64,000 nt of DNA from Eledone cirrhosa (lineage: Eukaryota), in NCBI GenBank assembly GCA_964016885.1, contig OZ024745.1, positions 34,286,001 through 34,350,000 on the forward strand, in the 5' to 3' direction. How positions within the stretch are numbered: position 1 is the stretch's first letter; each line of letters opens with the position of its first letter. Below, one piece after another: positions 1 through 12,525 of this stretch. Position numbers and translations under genes: made by a program. Below the pieces are notes generated by a model. It ran no database searches. It was given only the letters and a program-made list of their open reading frames with translations, and was not told the DNA's origin.

Positions 1-153
1 GCCATGCTTTCCAGCATAGTTACGTCCCTTTACGATCTGAGTTCAAATCCCGCCGAGGTTAACTTTGCCTTTCATCCTTACGGGAGTCGATAAAATAAAG
101 TACCAGTAATACACTGGATAATTGTTGGCCTTGTGCCAAAAGTAGAAACAATT
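1..153 (+). mobile_element. tRNA-derived SINE, family S1 (cut by window start)
   Basis: B-box GAGTTCAAATCC followed by central domain AACTTTGCCTTTCATCC...GTCGATAAAATAAAGTACCAG; near-identical to copies at 2546, 17462, 21286, 25853 and 59407. Confidence 0.85.
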
Positions 154-179
154 ATTATTATCACCGTATAACAGAGTTT

Positions 180-390
180 TGGGTTGGCCGAATCGTTAGA
201 GCGTCTTACGAAATACCTTGCGGCATTTGTTTCGGCTCTTTGTGTTCAAATCCTACCGAGGTGAATTTTGCCTTTCATTTTTCTGGGGTCAAAAATGTAA
301 AGTACCATTCAAATACTGGATTCAATATAATCGACTTACCTTCGATCCCCAAACGCCTGGCCTTGTGTTTACATTTCACAAAACATATAT
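180..390 (+). mobile_element. older SINE sharing the S1 central domain
   Basis: A-box-like TGGCCGAATCGTTAG, B-box GTTCAAATCC, TTTGCCTTTCAT...AAGTACCA, 3' GGCCTTGTG. Confidence 0.7.
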
Positions 391-547
391 TATCGCCGAA
401 AGTATATAACGATCTAGGAAAGGAATACTTGTAGCAGGGTGGTCCGTGGGGAAGTTCATTTTAACAACAGAGGGTCCTTGGTTATGAAAAGTTTGGGAAC
501 AACAGAACGATATACAAAATTATCAACGTCATCATCGTCTCTATCAA

Positions 548-846
548 CATCATTTATCATCAGCAACACCATCATCACCATCATCATCACCAACACCATC
601 AACATCACCATCATCAGCAACACCACCACCACCATCATCAGCAACACGATCAACACCATCATCATCAGCAACACCATCATCACCATCATCAGCAACACCA
701 TCATCACCACCACCATCAACACCATCATCACCACCACCATCAACACCATCAACACCATCATCACCATCATCACCCTCATCACCACCACCATCACCACCAC
801 CATCACCACCACCATCACCACCACCACCATCATCACCATCATCACC
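548..846. repeat. imperfect (CAT/CAC)n trinucleotide microsatellite
   Basis: direct inspection; source of the Thr/Ile-rich pseudo-ORF. Confidence 0.95.
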
Positions 847-917
847 AGAAATATCAGACAGTCACTAAATAAAACCGCAACTAATAACATTCTCACTACA
901 CCTCATTCAAATCTGTC

Positions 918-1358
918 AGACACACATTCATACACCTTCACACACACACAGACACCTTCACACACACACACACAGACACGCAGAGACCCCCCCCCCCCCA
1001 CATATATATGCTATGCACACACACACACACACACCGACACGCAGACACCCCCACCACCACATATATATGCACACACATACACACATACACACACACAATT
1101 ACAAGCACACACACACATACACATGTAAGCACACACATACACATACAAGCACACACACATACACATACAAGCACACACACATACATTTACAAGCACACAC
1201 ACACACACACACTCTCTCTCGACATATTTATATATATGCATGTTGTATGTGTGTATTTATTCATTACCTCTCCCCTCTCTCTATCTCTCTCTTCCTTTCT
1301 CTCTCTCTCTCCCTCTCTCTCTACCCCTCTCCCTGTCGCTCTTTTTCTGTCTCCCCTG

Positions 1359-1437
<79 letters not shown>
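918..1437. repeat. compound (CA)n/(CT)n low-complexity tract
   Basis: direct inspection. Confidence 0.95.
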
Positions 1438-1440
<3 letters not shown>

Positions 1441-1752
1441 ATATATATTTGTATATATTCAATTTTTATTTTTACTTTAAAAACTACCGCTCTTGTTTTA
1501 ACTAACAGTCACACCTTACTATACTTCGTTCTCTCTTTCTACATCCCTCTCTCCCCTTCTCCGCATCACTCTCCTTTCCTTCCTACTTCTTACTCTCTCT
1601 CTCTTTCCCCCCGTCCTAGCTCTACCCCCCCTCTCTCTCTAGTTTTTCTTTCTTTCTTTCCGTCATATTCCTCTTTATTCTTTTCTTCATTTCCCCTCCT
1701 AGATTGTCGTATCAGTCTTCCTCAATTTCTGCACTTTTCAATCTCCCATGTA

Positions 1753-1796
<44 letters not shown>

Positions 1797-1800
<4 letters not shown>

Positions 1801-1990
1801 AAGTATGACCCCGACGGCAGAGCTCAAGCCGTTTCGACGGCTAATTCTGGACTAGTTCAGAATTAGCCGTCGAAACGGCTTGAGCTCAGCCGTCGGGGTC
1901 CTACTCGTTCCTATTGCCCACTCTACTACCCTAAGTATTGAGTACTTTGGTGCGTTATGGTCCATCTGGTTCCTTACCACATTTCCTTCG

Positions 1991-1993
<3 letters not shown>
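1797..1993 (+). mobile_element. palindromic mini-PLE end, family P1 (hairpin plus tail) in (TA)n
   Basis: inverted repeat 1807-1900 plus ~90-bp tail; same sequence as the 3' end of the PLE at 43853-45120; carries the HHR 3' half GAAA-CGGCT..AGCCG-TC. Confidence 0.8.
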
Positions 1994-2056
<63 letters not shown>

Positions 2057-2058
<2 letters not shown>

Positions 2059-2266
2059 CTTTAATCCTGGGTTCAAACGAGGGTAACCACAATAAGTAAG
2101 GTACTCAATACAAAGCAGAGTATAAATATTCAATATAGAAAAGCCTCTACAGGACTAGAACTGTTTCATTCGGGAGAAAATCATCAGTAACAGCATCACA
2201 AGCTTCCAGGTGATTTCTCCCGAATGAAACAGTTCTAGTCATGTAGAAGCTTTTCTATATTAAATA
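2057..2266 (-). mobile_element. palindromic mini-PLE end, family P2, in (TA)n
   Basis: inverted arms ~2131-2184 and ~2211-2262; tail 2057-2140 homologous to 43002-43088; HHR core on minus strand 2141-2190 and degenerate copy on plus strand 2200-2252. Confidence 0.75.
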
Positions 2267-2368
2267 TATATATATATGTATATATATATATAGGTGTATG
2301 TAGTGCGTGTATATACATATATATCTATCTATATATGTATATACACGCGCCACATACACACACAGAGA

Positions 2369-2420
<52 letters not shown>

Positions 2421-2422
<2 letters not shown>

Positions 2423-2508
2423 AGGTGTCCCAAAATGTATACACACTTTGATTACCTGTAGAGGCAATATTTATTAAGAATGGTGTATACAATTTTGGGG
2501 ACACCCTG
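2421..2508. mobile_element. 88-bp Tc1/mariner-type MITE
   Basis: TIRs CAAGGTGTCCCAAAATGTATACAC / GTGTATACAATTTTGGGGACACCCTG flanked by TA; a solo matching end at ~37658-37682. Confidence 0.75.
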
Positions 2509-2545
2509 TATATATACAGGCGCTGGCATGACTGTGTGGTTAAGG

Positions 2546-2737
2546 GTTGCGGTGGATTGGCAGTATCGGTAGAGGGTCGGACGCCATGCTTTGACGCATA
2601 GAGTTACGGCCCTTGCCATTCTGAGTTCAAATCCCGCCGAGGTTAACTTTGCCTTTCATCCTTACGGGGTCTATAAAATAAAGTACCAGTAATCTACTGG
2701 GTGATTGCTGGCCTTGTGCCAAAAGTAGAAACAGTTA
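2546..2737 (+). mobile_element. SINE S1, full length
   Basis: A-box TGGCAGTATCGG, B-box GAGTTCAAATCC, central domain, 3' GGCCTTGTGCCAAAAGTAGAAAC. Confidence 0.85.
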
Positions 2738-2840
2738 TTAATTTATATTTCTAGTTTCGCACTCTCTCCCCGTTCTATCATTGTCTTAATCTCACTTTCA
2801 GCATCTCTCTCTCTCCCCCAATCTATCTACCGACTATCTA

Positions 2841-2910
<70 letters not shown>

Positions 2911-3152
2911 AACACACACAGAACACACACACACTTTTATATATATATATATATATATGAAAACAGGGAGAAAGAGACGATTATGAGGAAAACAAATTTT
3001 TTTTTTTCTCTTTTTTGTTTCTCTCTCTCTTTCTACTGGGTTAGAAAATGATTAAAACGAAATGTTTTACTTTGTGTGAAGTGTTAAGGTATTAGTTGAT
3101 TTATTTATTTTTTAACAATGGCATTTATTTATCTATTTATATATTTAATTAT

Positions 3153-3231
<79 letters not shown>

Positions 3232-3300
3232 ATCTATCTATATCTATCCTTCTATCTATCTATCTCTATATATCTATCTATCTATCTATCTATCTATCTA

Positions 3301-3565
3301 GATGAGGAGGAAGGAACGAGGGAGCACCCCCTTTCTGTGCTCCTGAGGAAAAGGGTTGCACACTTTTTTCGGGGGTGTGTGCGACCCCCCAAGGCGCCTC
3401 CTCTCTTTTGAGGATTTTGTTATAAATTTTATTTTTTGTTATATTTTATTTTATTTTTATATTTTGTTATTGCCTCCTCCTTATTGAGGACGCCTTTTTG
3501 TGTAAACTCCCCCCTTTGTACTTGTCCCACTTTTGATGCCCTGGTGGCAAATAAAAGAAACATAT
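3301..3565 (+). mobile_element. L1/Tx1 3' UTR fragment in (TATC)n
   Basis: homologous to 61515-61740 (GGAGCACC..TGCTCC hairpin, TGTAAACTCCCCC, AATAAA) and followed by TATC repeats. Confidence 0.75.
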
Positions 3566-3574
3566 CTATCTATC

Positions 3575-3832
3575 TATAAACCTGTAGGTTGAAGAAGAGA
3601 GCAAAAAAAAAGAAAGGAGCACTTGCACAACATGCTCCTGAAGTTGAGGGATGTTCTATCTACGGGGTATAAAGCAACCCATTTGTAACGCCACCCCCTT
3701 ATTAGGGATTTCGATCGTTAAATTTGTTTGTTTTAATAATATTTTTACACAACTTTATGTAAAATCTCCGGCATGTGTCCTTGTAGTGTCCCCTTTCCTT
3801 GTGCGCCCTTGTGGCAAATCAAGAAATATATC
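3575..3832 (+). mobile_element. second L1/Tx1 3' UTR fragment in (TATC)n
   Basis: close match to 61990-62240. Confidence 0.75.
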
Positions 3833-4146
3833 TATCTATCAAGCTAGCTAGCTATCTAGTTCATATACCCCTCTCCTCCACCACGATCATTTTCACTATC
3901 ATTATCTCATACTCTTACTCTTTCTATTCATCTATATTATTCATTCTTACATTCTCCACTCGTCTCTCATTCCCCCTCTCTTCCATCTTTCATTTTTTTT
4001 TTGTTATCTTTTATTTTCGCTCAATCTGGACACTCTTCTCTTCTCTCTACCTCTCTCTCTTTCTCACTCTAGTTTCTTTTCTACCCCCCTCGTCTCTCTT
4101 CTCTCTCTCCCTCTCTCTCTTTCTAACTCTTGTTTCTTTTCTACCC

Positions 4147-4183
<37 letters not shown>

Positions 4184-4323
4184 CTCTACCACACTCACAC
4201 ACATTCTCCTTCTTATTCCTTCCTTCATTCTAATACCCCCCCTCTCTCTCCCTCACATACACTCTATTTCTCTCATATACACTCGTATGCACACCCGCAG
4301 TTCATTTTCTATCTCTCTCTCAC

Positions 4324-4369
<46 letters not shown>

Positions 4370-4614
4370 ACGCACTTTCCATTCTCTCTCTCCTTTTCAT
4401 ACTTCTCCTATTTGTTCTCTCTCTCTTTCTCTCTCTCACTCTCTCTCACCCCCCCACCCACACGCATACACACATACACAGATACACACACATACATACG
4501 ATCTAATCCACTTTCGCTCCGCACATGGTAACAAACACACACACCAACAAACACACACACCCACGATCACACACACAACCTCAAACACACACACATACAC
4601 ACACACACACACCT

Positions 4615-4655
<41 letters not shown>

Positions 4656-4771
4656 CTCTCTGTCACTCTGAGTCACTCTTTCTCTCTCACTCACACTCGC
4701 TGTCTCTCTCTGTCACTCTGAGTCTCTCTCTCTCACTCTCTCTCTCTCGCTGTCTCTCTCTGTCACTCTAA

Positions 4772-4827
<56 letters not shown>

Positions 4828-5104
4828 TTTCCCTGACACTTTCTCTCTGTCTTCATTTGACTGTTTCTCTCTATCTCTGTCTTTCTTTCACTACCTCTTT
4901 ATATCTGTCTACCCCCCCTCTCTCTCTCTCTATCTATCTATTTGTCTCCACGTGTATCTTTCTTCCCCTCTCATTCACTATTTACTATTCCATCTTGCCG
5001 TTCTCTCAACAGTCTTTCAATCAGATTGATACTGTAGTTAGAGGTCTTATCAAGGACGTCAGTATGGACATACACTATACATTGCCATTTATATATACTT
5101 TATT

Positions 5105-5260
5105 TATTATTTCGCTGGTTTCAAGCCATTAGACTGAGGCCATGCTGTGGCACCACCTTAAAAGGATTTAGCCGAGCATATCGAAACCCAGTACTCATAA
5201 TTTTTCAAGGCTTTACACATATTGTCAAACAGCTAAGTTACGGGACTTAAATGCAGACAG
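5105..5260 (-). mobile_element. SINE fragment (family with GGCCATGCTGGGGCACC-like motif)
   Basis: related segments at ~22220, 37270, 38895, 51450 and 56650. Confidence 0.55.
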
Positions 5261-6499
5261 AGACACTGATCTGAGTTCAAATTTCGCAGAACAGCAATTT
5301 GCTTTTCTTTGTTTCGGAGTCGATAATAGAAGTACTAAACCATTCCTGATACGCCTTGGATTTTCTGCTGTCGTGAAAATGTCTATGTCTGCTTGCAACA
5401 GCATAGGAACCTACAACCCTTAGTAAATTCATGGTTTATACTAAAAAATCGTAGGTCCTTGTCAAAAAATACTTAAGAATAAACAATACTAACAACACCA
5501 ACATGAAAAGTAACAATACAATTCGCTTAATTGTTTAATAGAAATGGAGTTCGTTTGTATCTAAAAGGTACAAATGACGTAAGTGAATTAATTATACTTT
5601 ATAAAAAGTGGGTCACTAGTAGAATTTACCAAAGTCTCTTTGCTTCCACTTTTGTAAGACATCTACTTGCCGTTTTCACTTTAGCATGCGGTCTACTTGG
5701 CCATTTATAGTTCAGAGTATGGTTTACCTGCACATTACAGTCTAGCGTGCAGTCTATTTCGACAGCAAAAACCAAGCCTATCCCTAACAGTAAATCTAAC
5801 CCATTAGACATGTCTGGTCATTACATAGCATAGATTACGGAGACTGTGATAGACCCCATGCTAAAGTACTCCAGGCATTTCTTTTATTGTGCAACAAGTA
5901 AGATATATTCTTTATGTAGAATAATAATAGATAAACAGGAACGTTTGGTAATAGTTTTAGAACCTGCTGAGACTTTCAGTGATTCAGATACTTTGCCTTT
6001 CCAATCGATATCGATTCACTTAGAAGAAGGAGAGAGTTTGATCGTCGGCTGGCGACCCGGTCACGCACAAACTCAGTATTGTTAAAGAAACAGTGGGAGT
6101 GTCTCCTTTGCAGATATGAAAAAAGACAACGAAAATGTTATTGGTAGACCCAACTTGTATAGAGTGAAGAGCGGATTCAAACTGCGTCGACATAAATAGT
6201 TTTATCCAACCATTAACGACATATATGTCAAGTTGCTCCATCTGGATATCAATCTTGAAAGAAGCTCTCTTTTATTTCTTTAATGGCTTAATCAACAAAA
6301 GCAAGGCAGCACTCGTGGTTCGTTTCAAACTCTCACAAGATGCGGTAGGAGAGCAAGACAAAAGAATTATCTTCAGAGAAGAAGCCTGGCAGGAATGTTT
6401 ACAAAAGAGCAGACTCTGCTAAAGGCTATCAAAGAATAGGTGGTGGTGGTGGTGGTGTTAAACTAGTTTATTCTATCACGTAAAATCCTGTCGATCCCC

Positions 6500-6935
6500 T
6501 CGACAAGCTTCTACATGATGGTTTGACCATCTTCTCGTTCGCGGTGGCAAACCCCTCATCTGGGATGCCACTTGCACCGACACTTTCTCCAGCCGCAACC
6601 TGATGCAGTCTACGACTAACCCAGGTTCTGTTGCACCTCGGGCTGAGGAGGCCAAACTCTCCAAATACCGGTCGCTCTCCGACAGGTTTGAGGTCGTACC
6701 CTTGGCAGTAGAGACTTCTGGTGTCCTCGGCCCTAGGGCTACCTCCCTACTCACCACCATAGGCGCTGAGCTGGCCAGCCACAGATGTGAGCCTGGCGCG
6801 TTGGAATGGCTCTTCCAGCGCGTCTCCCTTGCCGTCCTCCGGGGAAACGCCTTCTCCATTCTGTCCGCCGGGGCTGTGAGGAGGCCATCAATATGATTGA
6901 CTGATTTGCCATTTTATCATGTACTTTTTATATAT
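6500..6935 (+). mobile_element. CRE-clade non-LTR retrotransposon 3' fragment (restriction-like endonuclease)
   Basis: GKPLIWDATCTDT...AEEAKLSKY...PLAVETSGVLG...WLFQRVSLAVLRGNA, the characteristic CRE C-terminus; GC-rich against the background. Confidence 0.8.
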
Positions 6936-7576
6936 CTATATCTGTCCAACACCAGCTTCCACATAGATTTCGTCTACCAATTTTTATTTAAAATCCATTG
7001 CTATACTGATTTATCTTCGGCTATTGTAGAAGACAACTGTCCACCGCCACACGCAGTGAGATCGAAACAAAAGCCCTGTAGTTGCAATGCGAAGTTCCAA
7101 ATCACAGATCATCATTTGTGTACTTAACTACAACAACAGCGACAACGACAATATATCTAGCATGCATCCAAGGGCTGATTTTGGTTGTGTCGGGGTAGTC
7201 GATTACGATGATTTATGTATTGGTCTGATATTTTATTTTATCAGCCCCAGGAGGTGATGAAAGTTAAAGTTGACAGCAGCAGGATTTCAACGTAAAGCCT
7301 CATAACTAAACAAACAGTGGTTAACCATTACAGTGGTTCATGTAGTCAGATCGAATGTTTTACAGTATTGGTTCTGGCTCTCTGCTCTCTGAGATCGACA
7401 CTTAAATCACCACCATCTTGTGATTTCAGGAATAAATGCGAAAGCAACGAACAGTTGACATAAAAATAAAGTCTCAACTAAAAAACACTAAAATTAACAG
7501 CTACAGAAACAATAGGAGCATAAAGAACAAGAACAACAATAAAGAAAGTGAAATACATATATGTACACAGCAGTAT

Positions 7577-7762
<186 letters not shown>

Positions 7763-8320
7763 ATATCTAAACTATAATAAAGTAAGAAGCGCGGGACTGC
7801 GTTCCGGTTTATAATTTTTTATCCCATTAGTAAAATAAGTTGTATTACTTTGAATAAATAATTGTATAAATAATGAATGAATATTACATAATTTATCTAC
7901 TAAATTTCGTGGCTGTTCATTAAATATATTTTGTTTATTTAAAGATTCACTTCTTTAAAATTTCTGAAAGGTCAACACTTCCGGTTAGCCATCGCTTAAA
8001 TAAACATACTAATTTTCTGTCACTAATTTTCTCCTAATGCAGTTTATATATAATATCGTATTTTTTAATGTATCATGGATTACGTTACTGATTAAATAAG
8101 ACAGTGTACGCAGTCTTCGTTCAATTTCTGTGGATATTGTCAATTACGATTTTATTTGATGTATCATATCTAAATGTATATATATATACCTGCGTATAAT
8201 ATCAATATACACACTACACATGCTAGCAGAAAACCACACGAAGGGTGGTTTTTCTGCTAGTATATATAACATTTGTTGACTTTACAAAAATTGAGAAATT
8301 TGTAATTTGAAAAAGAAAAT

Positions 8321-8330
8321 GTATGTACGA

Positions 8331-8363
<33 letters not shown>

Positions 8364-8390
8364 TGTATGTATGTATGTATGTATGTATGT
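8321..8390. repeat. (TATG)n microsatellite at the LINE 3' junction
   Basis: direct inspection. Confidence 0.95.
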
Positions 8391-11300
8391 TCTTCTGGTT
8401 TTATAATTTCACAAATGTTTGCCAATAGAGAGAGAGAGTCGGTTTCTCACATAGGACCAAGACTCTCTCATTGGAATTTACACAACATCAACTAGGTAGA
8501 TATGTATGCATGTCTGCATGCATGCATGTGTAGATATGGATGTTATTGTATGTGTGGATGTGTATATGCTTAGTATCTATACATGTGTATATGCAGTTAT
8601 TAGATGTAACATTTTTGGAATGTTTTACATATTTTTACTGTTCCATTAATGGATTGTACTTGTAATTTCCTAACTAGTTGTGTTTATTCTGTTCCTGTGA
8701 GCCCAGCTTCTCAAGATTTGTATTGAGGCAGTTACTAACATATCCCAGTGCCCCAATAATCACAGGCATAAATCTGAAGGTATAATCAGGGTGGAGTATC
8801 TGCAGATTTCTCATTAGTTCTGCATAAATATTCTCCTTTTCGCTAATCTTTGATATTATATTGGCATCTGCTGGACAACAAACTTCCACAACTGTGCATG
8901 CATTCTTTTCCCTGTCCCATATCATAATATTTGGTCTGTTATGCCTGCATTTTATTGGGGTTTTTGCTGGAACATTCCACCAGTACTTTTTCATATTATG
9001 TATATGTATGTCTTCCACATACATATGTTTTCTACAGATTGCATTGTACAGTGTTTTGGCCACTACATCGTGCCTCATGGGTAGATAGTACCTCGATGAC
9101 ATTTTTGGACAGCTGCTTATGACATGGGTGACATCTTCGATGTTAATTCTGCAGGATCTGCACTTGTTATTACATCTAGGTCTTTTGCCTGCATCCATAT
9201 CTCTTTTGTGAATCAGGTATTTCGTGTTGATTTCCTGTTCTTGGATTGCAAAAGCGTATCCTTCAAAGTGGGAGCCAATATAGCGGTTATTGGTACTTTC
9301 TTTATCTATATTACTCTCACTCTGGAGCTCCCTGGCAACATATCCATGCATGACTTTTTGCTGATAAGCATGCAGTTTTTCATCCATGGATTCACTGCGA
9401 TACTGCTGAGCAACTTCCCTGGGTGTGAGTTTTTGATTATCACACAGGGAATATCTCTCGAGGAGTTCCTTCCCAACTCTCATGATCTTATCTGTTTCAT
9501 GCAGATAGACTTGCTCGAGAAACGGTCTCTTCCGTTTTGAAGTTTGTAGATGTCGGAGGGATATGATGCGACATTCAAATGCTGTCTGGACTGATGTTAG
9601 GCCTCTGCCTCCCTGCTTACGTTTCAAGTAAAGGCGTTCTATGTCACTGTTGATGTGTAAGTTTCCGGTGTCGTTTAGTATTTTTCGAGTTCTAACATCA
9701 ATCGCTGGGATTTCGTCTATCGTCCAATTGAGTATTCCAAAAGTTGGTGTTATGACAGGCACAGCAATCAGATTGTGACCCACTGTTTTGTTTTGCGCAG
9801 AGTGATCCCATGACCATAACTTTCTTAATCGGGTGTAGTATTCCCTGATTACGCGTTCCTTATTATAGATATTATTATAGGATATGTTCTCAGCTATCCC
9901 CAGGTATATGTAGCAGTCCACATCAGATATTGGTGAAACAGTTAGGCCATTGATACAAATGTCGCTAGATTGGGTTGTTGTTTTTCCCCGCTTTACAGTC
10001 ATATGAGTATTTATCTTGGCTAAACTCCATTCCTATATCCTTTGAGAATGTTGAAACCAGGTCAAGATTTTTCTTCATCCCATCCATGTTCTTGGCATAG
10101 AGTTTCAGATCATCCAGAAAGAAATTATGGGTTAGGTTCGTATTTCTGTCCTCCTGTGAGCCAATGATGTATCCTTCACATTTCTTGAGCAGAATGTACA
10201 AGGGGTTTAATGACAGGATGAATAACATCACAAAGAGACTGTCTCCCTGAAATATACCCCTACGATATTTTATTTTATAAGTGAAAATAGAGACCTTCTT
10301 CTCCGTCTTTAACTTTAGGATAGTAGCCCAAGAAGAAGACAGCTTCTCTATGGCTCTGATAATAATGTCTGGGACTTTAGCAAGTCGGAGGGCCTCTATC
10401 ATCCAAGAGTGGGGAACAGAATCGAAAGCTTTCCTGTAGTCCAGCCAGACTATAGCCATATTCCTCCTAAGTTGTCGCACCTCTGACATCGCAGTTTTGT
10501 TGATTAGGAGTTATTCAGCACATCCCCAAATCCATTTCTTTCCAGCTGCTTTTTCATCTGTGATGATGTTATTATTTTCACAATGATCTTGGAGGAATAG
10601 GTTCAGGCAGGCTGTATTCTGGCATGCAATGGGTCGGTAGATTTTTGCCAGGTGGGTGACTTTGTTCTTGGAGACCAGTAATGTTTGTGCTAATGTCAAC
10701 CATTCTGGTATAAGTGTATCTCCCTTAAGAACTTGTTGGTAGAGGTCGGTAAGATACCCCCGATAGAATATCAGTTTTTTGTACCGGTAGCCGACAATCA
10801 TGTCTCTTCCTGGTGTTTTCTTATCTTGGAGTTTTCTATCACAGTCTCAAGGCTACCCTCACTTATTTCGTATGTTTTGTTGTAGTGTAGGAGCAATAGT
10901 CTTTTGGATTTCTTTTAGCCACATTGCATCTTGGTTGAAACACTTCTTTTCACTCCATATTTTTCTCCAAAAGGAATCTGTCTTTCTGGGATGGGACCTC
11001 TGTGACACATTTTGCCCTTCATATCTCTATAGACTAATGTTTGGTTTTGTCTGAATCTTTTATTAAACACTTTTCTTTCATCTACCTTCTTCAGGTATCG
11101 GCGTTTTTCGCTAACAGCTCTCAATTCTTGTTTCAGGGTGATCAGCTTATATTGAAGAGTTCTGGTTCTACTATTACCAAACATCGTCTCTATTTTATTT
11201 TTCACTCTTTGTTGGCGAGGAGTGAAGTATTTTTATGTTTGTTTGCACGTAAAGAGCATAGTCACATATCCTATGGTTTTTCAGCAATCTTTTTTTCTAT

Positions 11301-12421
11301 TTTAGTTATATATGAGGGTATTTTTGGTGGTGTTTTGTTCTTGTTAATGTCTCTGCTATCACCAAGATAATGCTTCACTGTCGTTGCTAAGGCTTATAAA
11401 CAGGCGTTGATTTGCCAGAATGTTGGGGTTTTTATCCGTCGTAAATATTCATCCCCTATTTCGTCAATAACACGTAATATTTCATTATTTGTTGTTGTTG
11501 TTTTTTTTTTTTTAATTAAATATTGTTGTTTTAAAACGTTCAGCAAGAGAAATGTTTATACATGAATTAATTTCTCTCTGGAAGACTTCGTTGAGGGAAA
11601 TTTTCAATTGTTTATACTTTTGATTATTATCATTATCGATAGTATTTTCCACAATAGTCGAGGTAGACTCCGATGGTACACGTGGTGTCAAATTTCTTCG
11701 ATTATTATTATTATCGATAGTGTTTTCCCCAGCATTTGAGGTAGACTTAGATGGTACAGGTGGTGTCAAGTTTCTTACAGGCATAGTTGTTTCAAGGCAC
11801 TGTTCGACCTAGCGGCTAGGAAGTCTAGAAGCATGGTGACCTGTAGCACGTGTTGTTGATTCCATGTTTGTGTTGAGGGACTTACAATTAATATTTATTA
11901 TCTATAATATTTATCTTATTTTTACGTTCAACAAACTTTGCTTGTTGGCGTAATTGTTTCGCTGTGAAGTGATTTAGCTCTAGGAGTATTTCGTGTAGCT
12001 TCATTCTGTTCATATAGCCAATGGAGGGATTGTTTTTTGCCATTTTATAACAATTAAATAAATCATTATTAAGTTCGCAACTCCTAGAGAAATGCGATTT
12101 ATAATTTCGGGTTCTTCTGTAGCTACAACTGAATAAAGTTTGTTTACCTTTCTCGTTTTTTTTCGGTACTCCACTGTTGTTGTTGTTGATGTTGTGTTCA
12201 GCCATGCTGTTTGTAGCAAATATTTGTAAAATGAATTAATGTATTTAGTCGGATATCTCTACGAATTAGAATAAACGGTGTCTTCAGTAGATATAGTTAG
12301 AAGAATACCCAGGTATTCAACATGACTGGTTGTTGTGGCATTCCTGTCGGAAATAGTATTCATCTTAAATTTAATGAATAGTCTCCCACACCAAAATATG
12401 CGACTGATCGCATTGACTGAC
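8391..12421 (-). mobile_element. near full-length, frameshifted RLE-type LINE (R4/Dong-like): RT, CCHC knuckle and restriction-like endonuclease
   Basis: ORF pieces 12205-8674 with YRPIAC, WLDYRKAFDSVPH, GIFQGDSL, FLDDLKLY, YLG, RLYLKRKQGGRGL, CRSC-ED-HVISSC, RHD, HNRPNI, VEV..K..Y; flanked on both sides by (TATG)n. Confidence 0.88.
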
Positions 12422-12433
12422 TATGTATGTATG

Positions 12434-12467
<34 letters not shown>

Positions 12468-12525
12468 TGTATGTATGTATGTATGTATGTATGTATGTAT
12501 GTATGTATGTATGTATGTATGTATG
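12422..12525. repeat. (TATG)n microsatellite at the LINE 5' junction
   Basis: direct inspection. Confidence 0.95.

Noticed and set aside
439-1866. Long ORFs (229 aa, 208 aa and others) and the many YI/HT/CV/LS-repeat ORFs across the window
   Set aside because: Translations of microsatellites with no domain content
1807-1900. CRISPR-like repeat, terminator or pre-miRNA reading of the hairpins
   Set aside because: Eukaryotic context, no spacer array, and the hairpins are explained as PLE inversions
2546-2640. tRNA genes at A/B-box sites
   Set aside because: They are SINE heads continuing into SINE bodies with TSDs; no cloverleaf
5620-6423. Possible degenerate Tx1 ORF1 (..LEEGESLIVGWRPGH..C)
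   Set aside because: Resemblance too weak and broken to call without a search
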